Source: Candidatus Enteromonas sp.
GTDB taxonomy: Bacteria > Bacillota_I > Bacilli_A > RFN20 > CAG-826
Reading direction: 5' to 3'
NCBI GenBank assembly: GCA_052273085.1
Contig: DAVZIW010000001.1
Location: 20,584-84,583, forward strand
Length of the DNA: 64,000 nucleotides
Within the stretch, counting starts at the first letter, position 1. The number at the start of each line of letters is the position of its first letter. The notes under the pieces are model-generated. The model ran no database searches, was not told where the DNA came from, and saw nothing but the letters and a program-made list of their open reading frames with translations. This document shows positions 9,575-18,190 of this stretch, in pieces. A program made the position numbers and the translations under genes.

Positions 9575-11446
9575 ATGTTTAAGATGTTAAAATCTTTCCG
9601 AAAAAGAGACTGGATAGCTTTGTTCTTTATTATAGGATTAACAATAACCCAGGTTTGGTGCACGATGATGATGACTGACTACATGTCTAACATCATTAAG
9701 GCAATTATGTTTGTAGACTATAAAGCTAAACCGGCACATATTGGTAAAGAATTTGGTGAAATGTTTAAAGCCCTTGGTGGCAAATGGGAATTAGTCATTG
9801 CCACTCTCGATTCTATGGGTAGCCCAATGCTAGACACTGCCAAAGCTATAAGCAATGCAAGTGTTGGAGATATTTGGTATTGGGGAGGCATGATGTTATT
9901 AGTTGTAACTGGTTCAGTTGCATGTCAATTAGTCATATCCGTATTAGCATCAATGATTGTTGCTAGTTTCGCCGTTACTACTAGAGATAAACTCAATAAG
10001 AAGATTTCTTCCTTCTCGATGGCGGAAATCAATAAATTCTCCACCGCTAGTTTAGTTACAAGAAGTACAAACGATATCGAACAAGTCCAAATGACTTACC
10101 TCATGATGATGAGAATGGTTTTTGCCGCCCCAGTAACTGCGATATGGGCAATATGCAAAATCCAATCCGCTTCCTGGCAATTAACAACTGCCACTGCTGT
10201 TGCAATCGTTGTTCTAGTAATTGCTTTAACTATATTAGTTGTAACAGTCTTGCCTAAATTCAAGATTGCCCAAAAATATGTTGATAGGCTAAACGGAATA
10301 ACTAGAGAAAACCTAAATGGCATCAGGGTAGTTCGTGCTTATAACGCAGAGCAATATCAAGAAGATAAATTCAAGAAAGCTAATGATGATTTAACAAAGC
10401 TAAATCTCTTTGGCGGAAGAGTCTTAGGCTTATTATCTCCAATTATCGTTATCGTAATGGATGGCGTTACTTTATCCATGTATTGGATTGGGGCATATCT
10501 AATTAACGGTGGCACTTTAGCATATAATGAAGTATCTAGTTACACGATGTTAGTAACCCAAATCATTATGGCGTTCATGATGTTATTAATGATGTTTGTA
10601 ATGCTTCCTAGAGCTAGCGTATCCGCAAAACGTATCAATGAAGTATTAGAAACAAAACCATCGATAGTAGATCCAATAAACCCAGTTGTCCCTGAAAAGT
10701 TAGGAACCATAGAATTTAATGATGTTTCTTTCTCTTATCCAGATTCAGAAGAAAACATTTTAGAACATATTTCCTTTAAGGCAAAGCAAGGTGATACGAT
10801 TGCCATCATTGGTCCTACAGGATGTGGAAAATCTACTTTGGTTCAACTTTTAGATAGGCTTTATGATGCAACTGAAGGTGAAGTAAAAGTAGATGGGATC
10901 AATGTAAAAGAGATGAGTCAAAAAGAGCTCCATTCCAGGATTGGATATGTACCTCAAAAAGGTGTGCTTTTCTCAGGGACAGTCAAATCTAACATTGGCT
11001 TTGGGTTAAAAGAAATTGACGATGAAATAATAGAAAATTCCGCAAAAATCGCTTGTGCTGATGAATTTATCGAAAATATGGAAGATAAATATGATGCAAA
11101 GATAGCGCAGGGAGGAACTAATGTTTCTGGCGGTCAAAGACAAAGACTTTGCATTGCTAGAGCAGTTGCAACTAGACCAGAAATATTTGTCTTTGACGAT
11201 TCTTTCTCCGCTTTGGATTTCAAAACAGATCTCAAAGTAAGACAAAACTTAAAAAAGTCACAAAAAGATGCTACTAAGGTAATAGTCGCCCAACGTATTG
11301 GAACCGTTATGGATGCTGATTTGATATTAGTTTTAGAAGAAGGGAAACTTGTTGGAAAGGGAACCCATAAGGAACTTCTACAAACCTGCAAGCTATATAA
11401 AGACATCGCCCTTTCTCAACTTAGCAAGGAGGAACTTTCTTTATGA
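9575..11446 (+). CDS. ABC transporter, fused permease/ATP-binding subunit
   Basis: 623 aa with Walker A GPTGCGKST and signature VSGGQRQRLCIARAV. Confidence 0.9.
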   Translation: MFKMLKSFRKRDWIALFFIIGLTITQVWCTMMMTDYMSNIIKAIMFVDYKAKPAHIGKEFGEMFKALGGKWELVIATLDSMGSPMLDTAKAISNASVGDIWYWGGMMLLVVTGSVACQLVISVLASMIVASFAVTTRDKLNKKISSFSMAEINKFSTASLVTRSTNDIEQVQMTYLMMMRMVFAAPVTAIWAICKIQSASWQLTTATAVAIVVLVIALTILVVTVLPKFKIAQKYVDRLNGITRENLNGIRVVRAYNAEQYQEDKFKKANDDLTKLNLFGGRVLGLLSPIIVIVMDGVTLSMYWIGAYLINGGTLAYNEVSSYTMLVTQIIMAFMMLLMMFVMLPRASVSAKRINEVLETKPSIVDPINPVVPEKLGTIEFNDVSFSYPDSEENILEHISFKAKQGDTIAIIGPTGCGKSTLVQLLDRLYDATEGEVKVDGINVKEMSQKELHSRIGYVPQKGVLFSGTVKSNIGFGLKEIDDEIIENSAKIACADEFIENMEDKYDAKIAQGGTNVSGGQRQRLCIARAVATRPEIFVFDDSFSALDFKTDLKVRQNLKKSQKDATKVIVAQRIGTVMDADLILVLEEGKLVGKGTHKELLQTCKLYKDIALSQLSKEELSL

Positions 11447-13245
11447 AAAAAGCTAATTTCAAAAAAGACAAAGTCTCTAAGAAAGAATTAGGGAAAGCGT
11501 TAAAGAATATCCTCGGCACTTCCAAGAGGTTCTATGCACCTATTATTGTCTCAGCCATCTTCATTCTTGCTGGGGTAGTTATTTCAATTATTGCTCCTCA
11601 ATTCTTATCAAAGATGACAAATGAGATAGCAAATAATGCTCTCAAGCGAACAATTAATATTGATATAGTTGCTAAAAATGGATTCATATTATTAGGACTA
11701 TATATTTCTAGCGCCATCCTTACATATTTATCTAGCTTCCTTTTAACTGGAGTTACCCAAAAATATGCGAACGCTTTAAGAAAATCTATCTCCGAAAAGA
11801 TAAATATAATCCCATTACGTTATTTTGATTCGCATCAAGTCGGTGACATACTTTCTAGAGTTACTAACGATGTTGACTCGGTCGCCCAAAGTCTAGATCA
11901 ATCAATATCAATGATGCTTCAATCCGTATTCATGTTGATTGGTTCCTTAATTGGGATGTTTGCCACTTCTTATTTAATGGCATTAACTGCCTTGATTTCT
12001 TTACCACTTATGCTCATATTCTTGGGCATAATCATGAAATTTGCCATGCCTCAATTCTTAAAAAGGCAAGAGCAAATCGGTGATATCAACGGTGTTGTAG
12101 AAGAAAAGTTCTCTGGCCAATTGATAATCAAATTATTTAATGCCGAAGAAAAAGTAGATGAAGTATTTAATTCTAAAAACGTTACTTTAGGCACGACAAT
12201 GTTTAAAGCCCAGTGCTGTGGCGGGTTAATGCAGCCTTTGATGTCCTTCATTTCTTATTTTGCCTATGTAGCCGTCTTAGTAATTGGTGGAATTCTTTTA
12301 AGCGATGGAAAAGTCGACTATGGAACCATCACCGCTTTCTTAGTCTATGTAAGGTTATTCCAACAACCAATGAGCCAAATGGCCCAAGCCATGAATACAC
12401 TTCAAACAGTTGGAGCTGCTAGCAAGCGTGTCTTTGACTTCTTGGAAGAAAAAGAGCTTGACGATGAAACCGGAAAGACTAGGAAATTAATCGGAGAAGA
12501 TGGCAAAGAACAAGTTAAAGGTGAGATTGAATTCAAACATATTAATTTCTCTTATGATCCATCTAGAGAAATCATCCATGACTTCTCTGCTAAAATAAAA
12601 CCTGGCTCAAAAGTTGCTATAGTAGGCCCTACAGGCGCAGGGAAGACTACCATGGTCAATCTACTTATGAGGTTCTATGAAATCAATTCTGGGGACATAT
12701 CAATCGATGGAGTATCCATTAAAGATATGCCTAGAGAAGAAATCCATGATATTTTTGGAATGGTTCTTCAAGATACCTGGGTTTTTGAAGGAACAATGAG
12801 GGAAAATATTGTTTTCAATAGCCCTGCTCTACCTGATGATGAGCTAAAGCAAATTTGTAAAGAAGCTAATATCTACCACTTCATTAGGACTCTTCCTGGC
12901 AAGTTAGATTGTGAATTATCTAATGCCGGTTCTATTTCTTCTGGACAAAAGCAACTTATAACCATTGCTAGGGCCATGGTTAGAAAAGCTCCTTTATTAA
13001 TATTAGACGAAGCTACATCTAACGTTGATACACGTACAGAAGAACTTATTCAGGAGGCTATGGATAATCTAACTAAAGGAAGGACAAGTTTTGTAATTGC
13101 CCACCGTTTATCCACGATTAAAAACGCTGATTTAATTTTAGTTATGAAGGATGGAAATATTGTTGAACAAGGAACTCATGAATCCTTGATGAAAGACAAA
13201 GGTTTCTATGCCTCGTTGTATAACTCTCAATTCTCGTTTCAATAA
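11443..13245 (+). CDS. ABC transporter, fused permease/ATP-binding subunit (heterodimer partner)
   Basis: 600 aa with Walker A GPTGAGKTT, signature ISSGQKQLITIARAM and Walker B LILDEATSNVD. Overlaps the upstream gene by 4 nt (translational coupling). Confidence 0.9.
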   Translation: MKKANFKKDKVSKKELGKALKNILGTSKRFYAPIIVSAIFILAGVVISIIAPQFLSKMTNEIANNALKRTINIDIVAKNGFILLGLYISSAILTYLSSFLLTGVTQKYANALRKSISEKINIIPLRYFDSHQVGDILSRVTNDVDSVAQSLDQSISMMLQSVFMLIGSLIGMFATSYLMALTALISLPLMLIFLGIIMKFAMPQFLKRQEQIGDINGVVEEKFSGQLIIKLFNAEEKVDEVFNSKNVTLGTTMFKAQCCGGLMQPLMSFISYFAYVAVLVIGGILLSDGKVDYGTITAFLVYVRLFQQPMSQMAQAMNTLQTVGAASKRVFDFLEEKELDDETGKTRKLIGEDGKEQVKGEIEFKHINFSYDPSREIIHDFSAKIKPGSKVAIVGPTGAGKTTMVNLLMRFYEINSGDISIDGVSIKDMPREEIHDIFGMVLQDTWVFEGTMRENIVFNSPALPDDELKQICKEANIYHFIRTLPGKLDCELSNAGSISSGQKQLITIARAMVRKAPLLILDEATSNVDTRTEELIQEAMDNLTKGRTSFVIAHRLSTIKNADLILVMKDGNIVEQGTHESLMKDKGFYASLYNSQFSFQ

Positions 13246-13261
13246 TTAATAAAATCTTTCA

Positions 13262-13600
13262 ACTTTGATGTTACAAAAACCGTTGAGCGATTAACTCACG
13301 AAAACTGTAACATCAACGGGGATAGATTAATGGGCATCAGAAAGGGTGCTCATTTTTATTTGGCGGTAATCTAAAGCGACTCTAAGCCGAGACTATTGCT
13401 ACCGGAAATGGCAATCCGCAGACTCGCAAAAACTGTAACAATCTCTGGGGATGAGCGCACAAATACATCCCCATTAAAAGTAACAGATTTTAAGAGTTTG
13501 GAGTGGCTAGATGAATGCCTGTGCAGTCATTAAAAAGCAGGCAAAAACGCAGGCACCTTGTTGTCAATAAACAAAGGTAGCAAAGCCGGTGTTTTAAATT
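13262..13600 (+). other. GC-elevated structured non-coding region (candidate sRNA, long structured 3' UTR or mobile-element remnant)
   Basis: No ORF longer than 20 codons. Contains the 11-bp inverted repeat above. A unit AAAACTGTAACA-N6-7-GGGGAT is duplicated at 13301-13323 and 13429-13452. There is an 8-bp hairpin TGGGGATG/CATCCCCA (13446-13473). A terminator-like hairpin AGGCACC...GGTGTTTT ends at 13595. Confidence 0.35.
13265..13316. repeat. exact 11-bp inverted repeat TTGATGTTACA / TGTAACATCAA flanking a 30-nt spacer
   Basis: The arms are at 13265-13275 and 13306-13316 and are perfect reverse complements. The spacer contains a second short stem (TTGAG/CTCA). Confidence 0.7.
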
Positions 13601-13668
13601 AAAACGAGCAATTAGTAAAAAGGACAAGAATAAGAAAATAATCATTGTTTTGTTGTTTCGTCCGTTTT

Positions 13669-13678
13669 TGTATATAAT
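13669..13678 (+). promoter_or_regulatory. extended -10-like element (TG then TATAAT) 12 nt upstream of the DUF6088 gene ATG, implying a near-leaderless mRNA
   Basis: TG at 13669-13670 and TATAAT at 13673-13678 (spacing one nt off the TGnTATAAT consensus). The ATG at 13691 has no Shine-Dalgarno. Confidence 0.35.
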
Positions 13679-13690
13679 TTATAAGACCAA

Positions 13691-14296
13691 ATGAGAGAAA
13701 GAATAGAAAAAACTATAATTGAGCTAATTCAGCAAAAAGAAGAAGGTAGTGTCTTTGTTGCTAACGATTTCCTTTCTTCTGGTTCTCTTTCTAGCGTCAA
13801 TCGTGCGTTATCTAGGATTAACGAAAAGGGATTAATTAAAAGATTAGAACACGGGTTATACGCGAAGCTTAAATTCGATCCTTTATTAGATGAATTCATC
13901 ATGCCGAACGTAAATGATGTAGCCCTTGCAATTGCGAGAAAAAACGCCTGGACAATCTTGCCTTGCGGCGACAATGCTAAGTTCCAATTAGGATTAATTC
14001 CTTCTTTTAACGGGATATACGAATACGCTTCGAATGGGCCTTATAGGACTTATTTATATGAGAATAATTCAATTACATTTAAAAGAGCATCATCTAAATC
14101 CATATCGAATTTATCATTTAAAACAGGCCTAGTAATTCAAGCAATAAAAGCTATCGGAAAATCGAATATAAAAGAGAAAGATATTCGCCTTATCTCTTCT
14201 AAGTTATCTAGGCAAGAAAAGGATGTGGCACTAGAAGAATCTAAGCGTGTCCAGGCGTGGATTTATGATCTTATTAAACTAATTAACCAGTTATAA
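13691..14296 (+). CDS. DUF6088 family protein (AbiEi-antitoxin-like N-terminal wHTH domain); orphan
   Basis: 201 aa. The N-terminus (SVFVANDFLSSGSLSSVNRALSRINEKGLIKRLEHGLYAK) and the central LGLIPSFNG...IQAIKAIGK pattern are recalled from DUF6088/AbiEi_4-type proteins. No AbiEii-like nucleotidyltransferase gene is adjacent. Confidence 0.6.
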   Translation: MRERIEKTIIELIQQKEEGSVFVANDFLSSGSLSSVNRALSRINEKGLIKRLEHGLYAKLKFDPLLDEFIMPNVNDVALAIARKNAWTILPCGDNAKFQLGLIPSFNGIYEYASNGPYRTYLYENNSITFKRASSKSISNLSFKTGLVIQAIKAIGKSNIKEKDIRLISSKLSRQEKDVALEESKRVQAWIYDLIKLINQL

Positions 14297-14370
14297 TTTT
14301 CCCACTTCTTAAATAAACCTTTTTAATAGGTTTTACCCACCGTATAAATAGTTAACAAAGCAAAAGAAAA

Positions 14371-14392
14371 CCCTGAATATTTCTACTCAGGG
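14371..14392 (-). terminator. intrinsic terminator of ftsH
   Basis: The minus strand reads CCCTGA-GTAGAAAT-ATTCAGGG followed by TTTTCTTTTGCTTTG, directly 3' of the ftsH stop at 14408. Confidence 0.6.
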
Positions 14393-14407
14393 CGAAAGAC
14401 AAACGAT

Positions 14408-16534
14408 TTATTTTTCTTCTTTTGGAGCCACTTCAGAAGCGTCTTCTTTTTTGGCTTCTTCCCCACTAGAAGGAACAGTTTCAGTAGGTGTTTCTACATG
14501 CTTTTCTTCTTTTGGCAAAGAACCGTGCTCGACAAGATAAGAAATCTCTTCGGCCGTAATGGTTTCTTTTTCAAGAAGAGTTTCAGCAATCAAGATAACT
14601 TCATCTTTATGCTCTAGTAAGAGCTTTCTAGCGTTTTCATGAGCTTCATCGATTATTTTCCTGACAGCCTTATCAATTTCAAAGGCAATTTGGGTTGAGA
14701 AGTTCTTTTGGGTAGAATTGTAGTCTCTACCAAGGAAAACGGAACCAGTATTTTGTTCATATTGGATTGGACCTAGTTCAGACATACCAAGTTCAGTAAC
14801 CATAAGTCTAGCGATTCTAGTAGCTTCTTGAATGTCGTTAGAAGCACCTGTAGTAACATCTTGGAAGAATATTTCTTCGGAAGTTCTACCGCCTAATAAA
14901 CCAGTAATTCTAGCGATAAGTTCGTTTTTGGTTAACAAGAAACGGTCATCTTCAGGAGTCATCAAGACATGGCCACCAGTATTTCCTCTTGGAATGATGG
15001 TAATCTTTTGAACCTTATCAGAGAAAGGAAGATTAAGTCCGATAACAGCGTGTCCTGCTTCATGATAAGCGACTTCTTTTCTTTCAACAGGAGACATGGC
15101 ACGGCTAGATTTGGCAGGTCCAGAGATTCTTCTATCGATAGCTTCATCAATATCAGCAATATCGATGCAGTCCTTGTTTTCTCTAACAGCAAGGATAGCA
15201 GCTTCGTTTAATACGTTATCAAGATCGGCGCCAGAGAAGCCTACAGTTCTCTTGGCTAATGCACCAAAATCAACTCCTGGGGCAATCTTTTTGTTACGGG
15301 CATGTACTTTCAATATAGCTTCACGGCCTTCTTTATCTGGTAATGAAACAGTTATGGTTCTATCAAATCTGCCAGCTCTTCTTAAAGCTGGGTCAAGTAC
15401 GTCATCACGGTTAGTAGCAGCAATAACTAAGATACCTGAATTAGCTTCAAAGCCATCCATTTCAACAAGCAATTGGTTAAGAGTTTGCTCTCTTTCGTCG
15501 TTGCCTCCGCCAAGTCCAGCGCCTCTTTGACGTCCAACAGCATCGATTTCATCGATAAATATTAGACATGGAGCGGTTTCTTTGGCCTTTTTGAACAAAT
15601 CACGTACACGACCTGCACCGACACCGACATACATTTCAACAAAGTCAGAACCAGAAATTGAATAGAATGGAACTCCAGCTTCACCAGCAACAGCCTTAGC
15701 AAGTAAGGTTTTACCAGTGCCTGGCGGACCGATTAACAAGACACCTTTTGGCAGTCTAGCGCCGAATTTAGAATATTTCTTTGGATCTTTTAGATATTCG
15801 ACGAGTTCGACCATTTCAGCCTTTTCAGCATCACATCCTGCAACATCGGAGAATTTAACCTTTGAAGAAGCCTTTCTAGCAGGAGACTTATTGAATCCTA
15901 GGACATTGTTGTTCATTCCAGAAACGGACGAATTAAGTCTAGAGAAGATAAATAAGCCAATTATTAAGATAATTCCTGTGGATATAAGGGTTGGTCCCCA
16001 GGTGTCCCACCAAGAGACTTGGAAAGCATCTTTATTAACTAAAGAAGCGCCTGATCCTTGGTTTCTAATTCCGAATTGGTCAATCCTAACTGTAAATATG
16101 CTTTGGTATGAAAGGTGGGTGTATTCATAATGGGCACCAGTTTCATCGGTAGCAAAAGAAGTAAAATTGCTAGTCCAAACAGATTCATCAATAACAACCG
16201 AGAATGTGCGCTTTGTATTGGTGGTCTTATCAATGTAATTGCCTTTGACCGTAACAGCCTTGTAGCCATGACTTGCTTCGACATAATAAACTTGTTTGTT
16301 TGTTAAATCGAAATCAGTAAGTGTGCCATTGGCTTCCTTTTCACCGCTAGCATTTGTTGTAATGCTAGTTGTATAGCCTAAATAGTTATCTAGATCACTA
16401 TAGGCCCAGGTTTCACCCTTACCAACCATGCTAGAAACAATTAGCCAAATAAATACGCCAACTGTAGCAGCCATTAATATGTAAGGAAGGATAAAACTGA
16501 ATATACTCTTTTTTGGGGCTTTTCCGTCGTTCAT
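14408..16534 (-). CDS. ftsH: ATP-dependent zinc metalloprotease FtsH
   Basis: 708 aa with N-terminal TMs, AAA+ Walker [23 protein letters not shown], a second region of homology, and the zinc site HEAGHA. AAGGAGA Shine-Dalgarno. Confidence 0.95.
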   Translation of the reverse strand: MNDGKAPKKSIFSFILPYILMAATVGVFIWLIVSSMVGKGETWAYSDLDNYLGYTTSITTNASGEKEANGTLTDFDLTNKQVYYVEASHGYKAVTVKGNYIDKTTNTKRTFSVVIDESVWTSNFTSFATDETGAHYEYTHLSYQSIFTVRIDQFGIRNQGSGASLVNKDAFQVSWWDTWGPTLISTGIILIIGLFIFSRLNSSVSGMNNNVLGFNKSPARKASSKVKFSDVAGCDAEKAEMVELVEYLKDPKKYSKFGARLPKGVLLIGPPGTGKTLLAKAVAGEAGVPFYSISGSDFVEMYVGVGAGRVRDLFKKAKETAPCLIFIDEIDAVGRQRGAGLGGGNDEREQTLNQLLVEMDGFEANSGILVIAATNRDDVLDPALRRAGRFDRTITVSLPDKEGREAILKVHARNKKIAPGVDFGALAKRTVGFSGADLDNVLNEAAILAVRENKDCIDIADIDEAIDRRISGPAKSSRAMSPVERKEVAYHEAGHAVIGLNLPFSDKVQKITIIPRGNTGGHVLMTPEDDRFLLTKNELIARITGLLGGRTSEEIFFQDVTTGASNDIQEATRIARLMVTELGMSELGPIQYEQNTGSVFLGRDYNSTQKNFSTQIAFEIDKAVRKIIDEAHENARKLLLEHKDEVILIAETLLEKETITAEEISYLVEHGSLPKEEKHVETPTETVPSSGEEAKKEDASEVAPKEEK

Positions 16535-16639
16535 TTTGTTCTCCTTTTCAATTGTTTGTTTTTTCTTCTTTTAACGTGCGTGCGTTATGAAATGTACACT
16601 AAAATCAAGAATATGCAAATACATTGCAACCTATTTTGT

Positions 16640-17890
16640 CTATTTAATTGTCTTCATTCTCAAAATTGAAGTGTGATATTCACTAAAAGTCTGCCTATAA
16701 TGTGGAACATATATTATTTTTCCATCTTTATTGACAAAAACCGGCCAAATATAACGCAAAGTAACTGGCATCTTCCAAACTGAATATAGCCTTCTAACAG
16801 GCTCTAGATATCCATGTACGACATAATTATCGGTTGGAAGAACGCTTCTTACCGTTAATGGATAATCTTCGTCTTTAATCCCTCTATCTAGAGCACCCAT
16901 AGAGAAGTCTAATTCAAAATATGGAGTATCTAATTTGCCGTTTTTCTCCAAAGTATAGGTATATGGCAATTCATTTGGATTATTTCCGACTGTAATGACG
17001 TCATATTCCTTAACCAAATAGGTAGAATCATTTAATTTCATAGCCAAATTTGGTTGAGGGGCAAGGCAGAATTTACGAATCGCTTCGTAATCTTTGACCT
17101 TTAAGCTGACTTTCCTAGAAGCGGTAGAAACCAGTTTATTAATAGCGTTGATAAATCCATCATAAGGAAGGGCAATCAAGGCACGGATATCTAATTCATC
17201 GGCAACAACAGCTTCACGAATAACACTATCGGAAAGACCTAATTGTTCATTATTAGCGGCTCTCATTTCATCAAGGACTTTTTCACGGTCGATCTCGCTC
17301 ATCTTTGAGATAACATCTCTTCTAATTGGATTACGGATATATTCATCTTCGTTTTTAGAAGCACTTGATGAATAAGGAACATGGTTTTCGTTGTCGTAAT
17401 CGATTAAATCTTGTTTTGAATAGTTAAGTAACGGCCTAACAACAACCATTCCTTCAACTGTAGACATTGGGAATAACCCATAATGGGCAACATGTCCTTT
17501 TCTTTGCTTTTGAAGAAGATAAGTTTCAATCAAATCATCTTGCTGATGGGCAACAAAGAAAGCAGAGGCATTATATTTTTCATATGTTTTCTTGAAAAAA
17601 TCATATCTAACCCTTCTAGCAAATTCTTTATAATCCTCATTTTCTTTAATTTTTTCTTCTTCAGGAAGATCGTTTGTATCTAGCCCTTCAAAAACTAGCC
17701 CATTCTTTTGACAATATTCTCTTAAAGAAGCGAAATCAGAATCGCTAGAATCGAATTTATGGTAATTAAGGGAGCAAACAACAGGCTTTATTCCCTTTTT
17801 GACCATCATATCTATCAAGGCCATGGAATCAGATCCAAAAGTACCTGCGACTAGGTAAGTGGAAGATTCATCAAATTTGAAATCAATCAT
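16640..17890 (-). CDS. tilS: tRNA(Ile)-lysidine synthetase
   Basis: 416 aa with an N-type ATP-PPase fold at the N-terminus (LVAGTFGSDSMAL, a degenerate SGGxDS), then HQQDDLIETYLL...RPLL as in TilS. It keeps the conserved position immediately upstream of ftsH. Confidence 0.8.
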   Translation of the reverse strand: MIDFKFDESSTYLVAGTFGSDSMALIDMMVKKGIKPVVCSLNYHKFDSSDSDFASLREYCQKNGLVFEGLDTNDLPEEEKIKENEDYKEFARRVRYDFFKKTYEKYNASAFFVAHQQDDLIETYLLQKQRKGHVAHYGLFPMSTVEGMVVVRPLLNYSKQDLIDYDNENHVPYSSSASKNEDEYIRNPIRRDVISKMSEIDREKVLDEMRAANNEQLGLSDSVIREAVVADELDIRALIALPYDGFINAINKLVSTASRKVSLKVKDYEAIRKFCLAPQPNLAMKLNDSTYLVKEYDVITVGNNPNELPYTYTLEKNGKLDTPYFELDFSMGALDRGIKDEDYPLTVRSVLPTDNYVVHGYLEPVRRLYSVWKMPVTLRYIWPVFVNKDGKIIYVPHYRQTFSEYHTSILRMKTIK

Positions 17891-18144
17891 TACATTTCTC
17901 CTTCATCAATAAGGGTAAACATTTCTTGGCAGGTAGATTTATTTGCATAAGGCAATATCTTATTTACCTTGCCAAGTAGATATTTAGAACCGAGAACCAA
18001 TTTAATTTCGTCTCCTTCGTTAATTTCACTAGAGGCTTTAGCAATTTTCCCATTAATTGATACTTTAGAAGCATCGCATAGCTGTTTTGCTATTTCCCTG
18101 CGCTTAATCAACCTAGAAATTTTTAAAAATTTATCAATTCTCAT
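17890..18144 (-). CDS. S4-domain RNA-binding protein (YabO/Hsp15-like)
   Basis: MRIDKFLKISRLIKRREIAKQLCDASKVSINGKIAKASS is an S4 domain. An 85-aa product from the ATG at 18144 matches YabO size. The ORF track instead uses a TTG at 18213 that overlaps mfd by 22 nt. The stop overlaps the tilS ATG (ATGTAATG). Confidence 0.6.
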   Translation of the reverse strand: MRIDKFLKISRLIKRREIAKQLCDASKVSINGKIAKASSEINEGDEIKLVLGSKYLLGKVNKILPYANKSTCQEMFTLIDEGEM

Positions 18145-18190
18145 CTTATATAGAATAACACAATTCCCATTAAGGGAATGCTTATAAATT

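Noticed and set aside
13550-13595. Hairpin AGGCACC...GGTGTTTT as a riboswitch expression platform for the DUF6088 gene
   Set aside because: No recognisable aptamer consensus (TPP, SAM, FMN, c-di-GMP, preQ1, ykkC) was found upstream. I treat it as a plain terminator of the preceding transcript.
18161-18177. Palindrome ATTCCC-ATTAA-GGGAAT between mfd and the S4-domain gene as a terminator
   Set aside because: The stem is only 6 bp and no U-tract follows on the minus strand. It more likely marks the untranslated gap if the S4 gene starts at the ATG 18144, or is coincidental.
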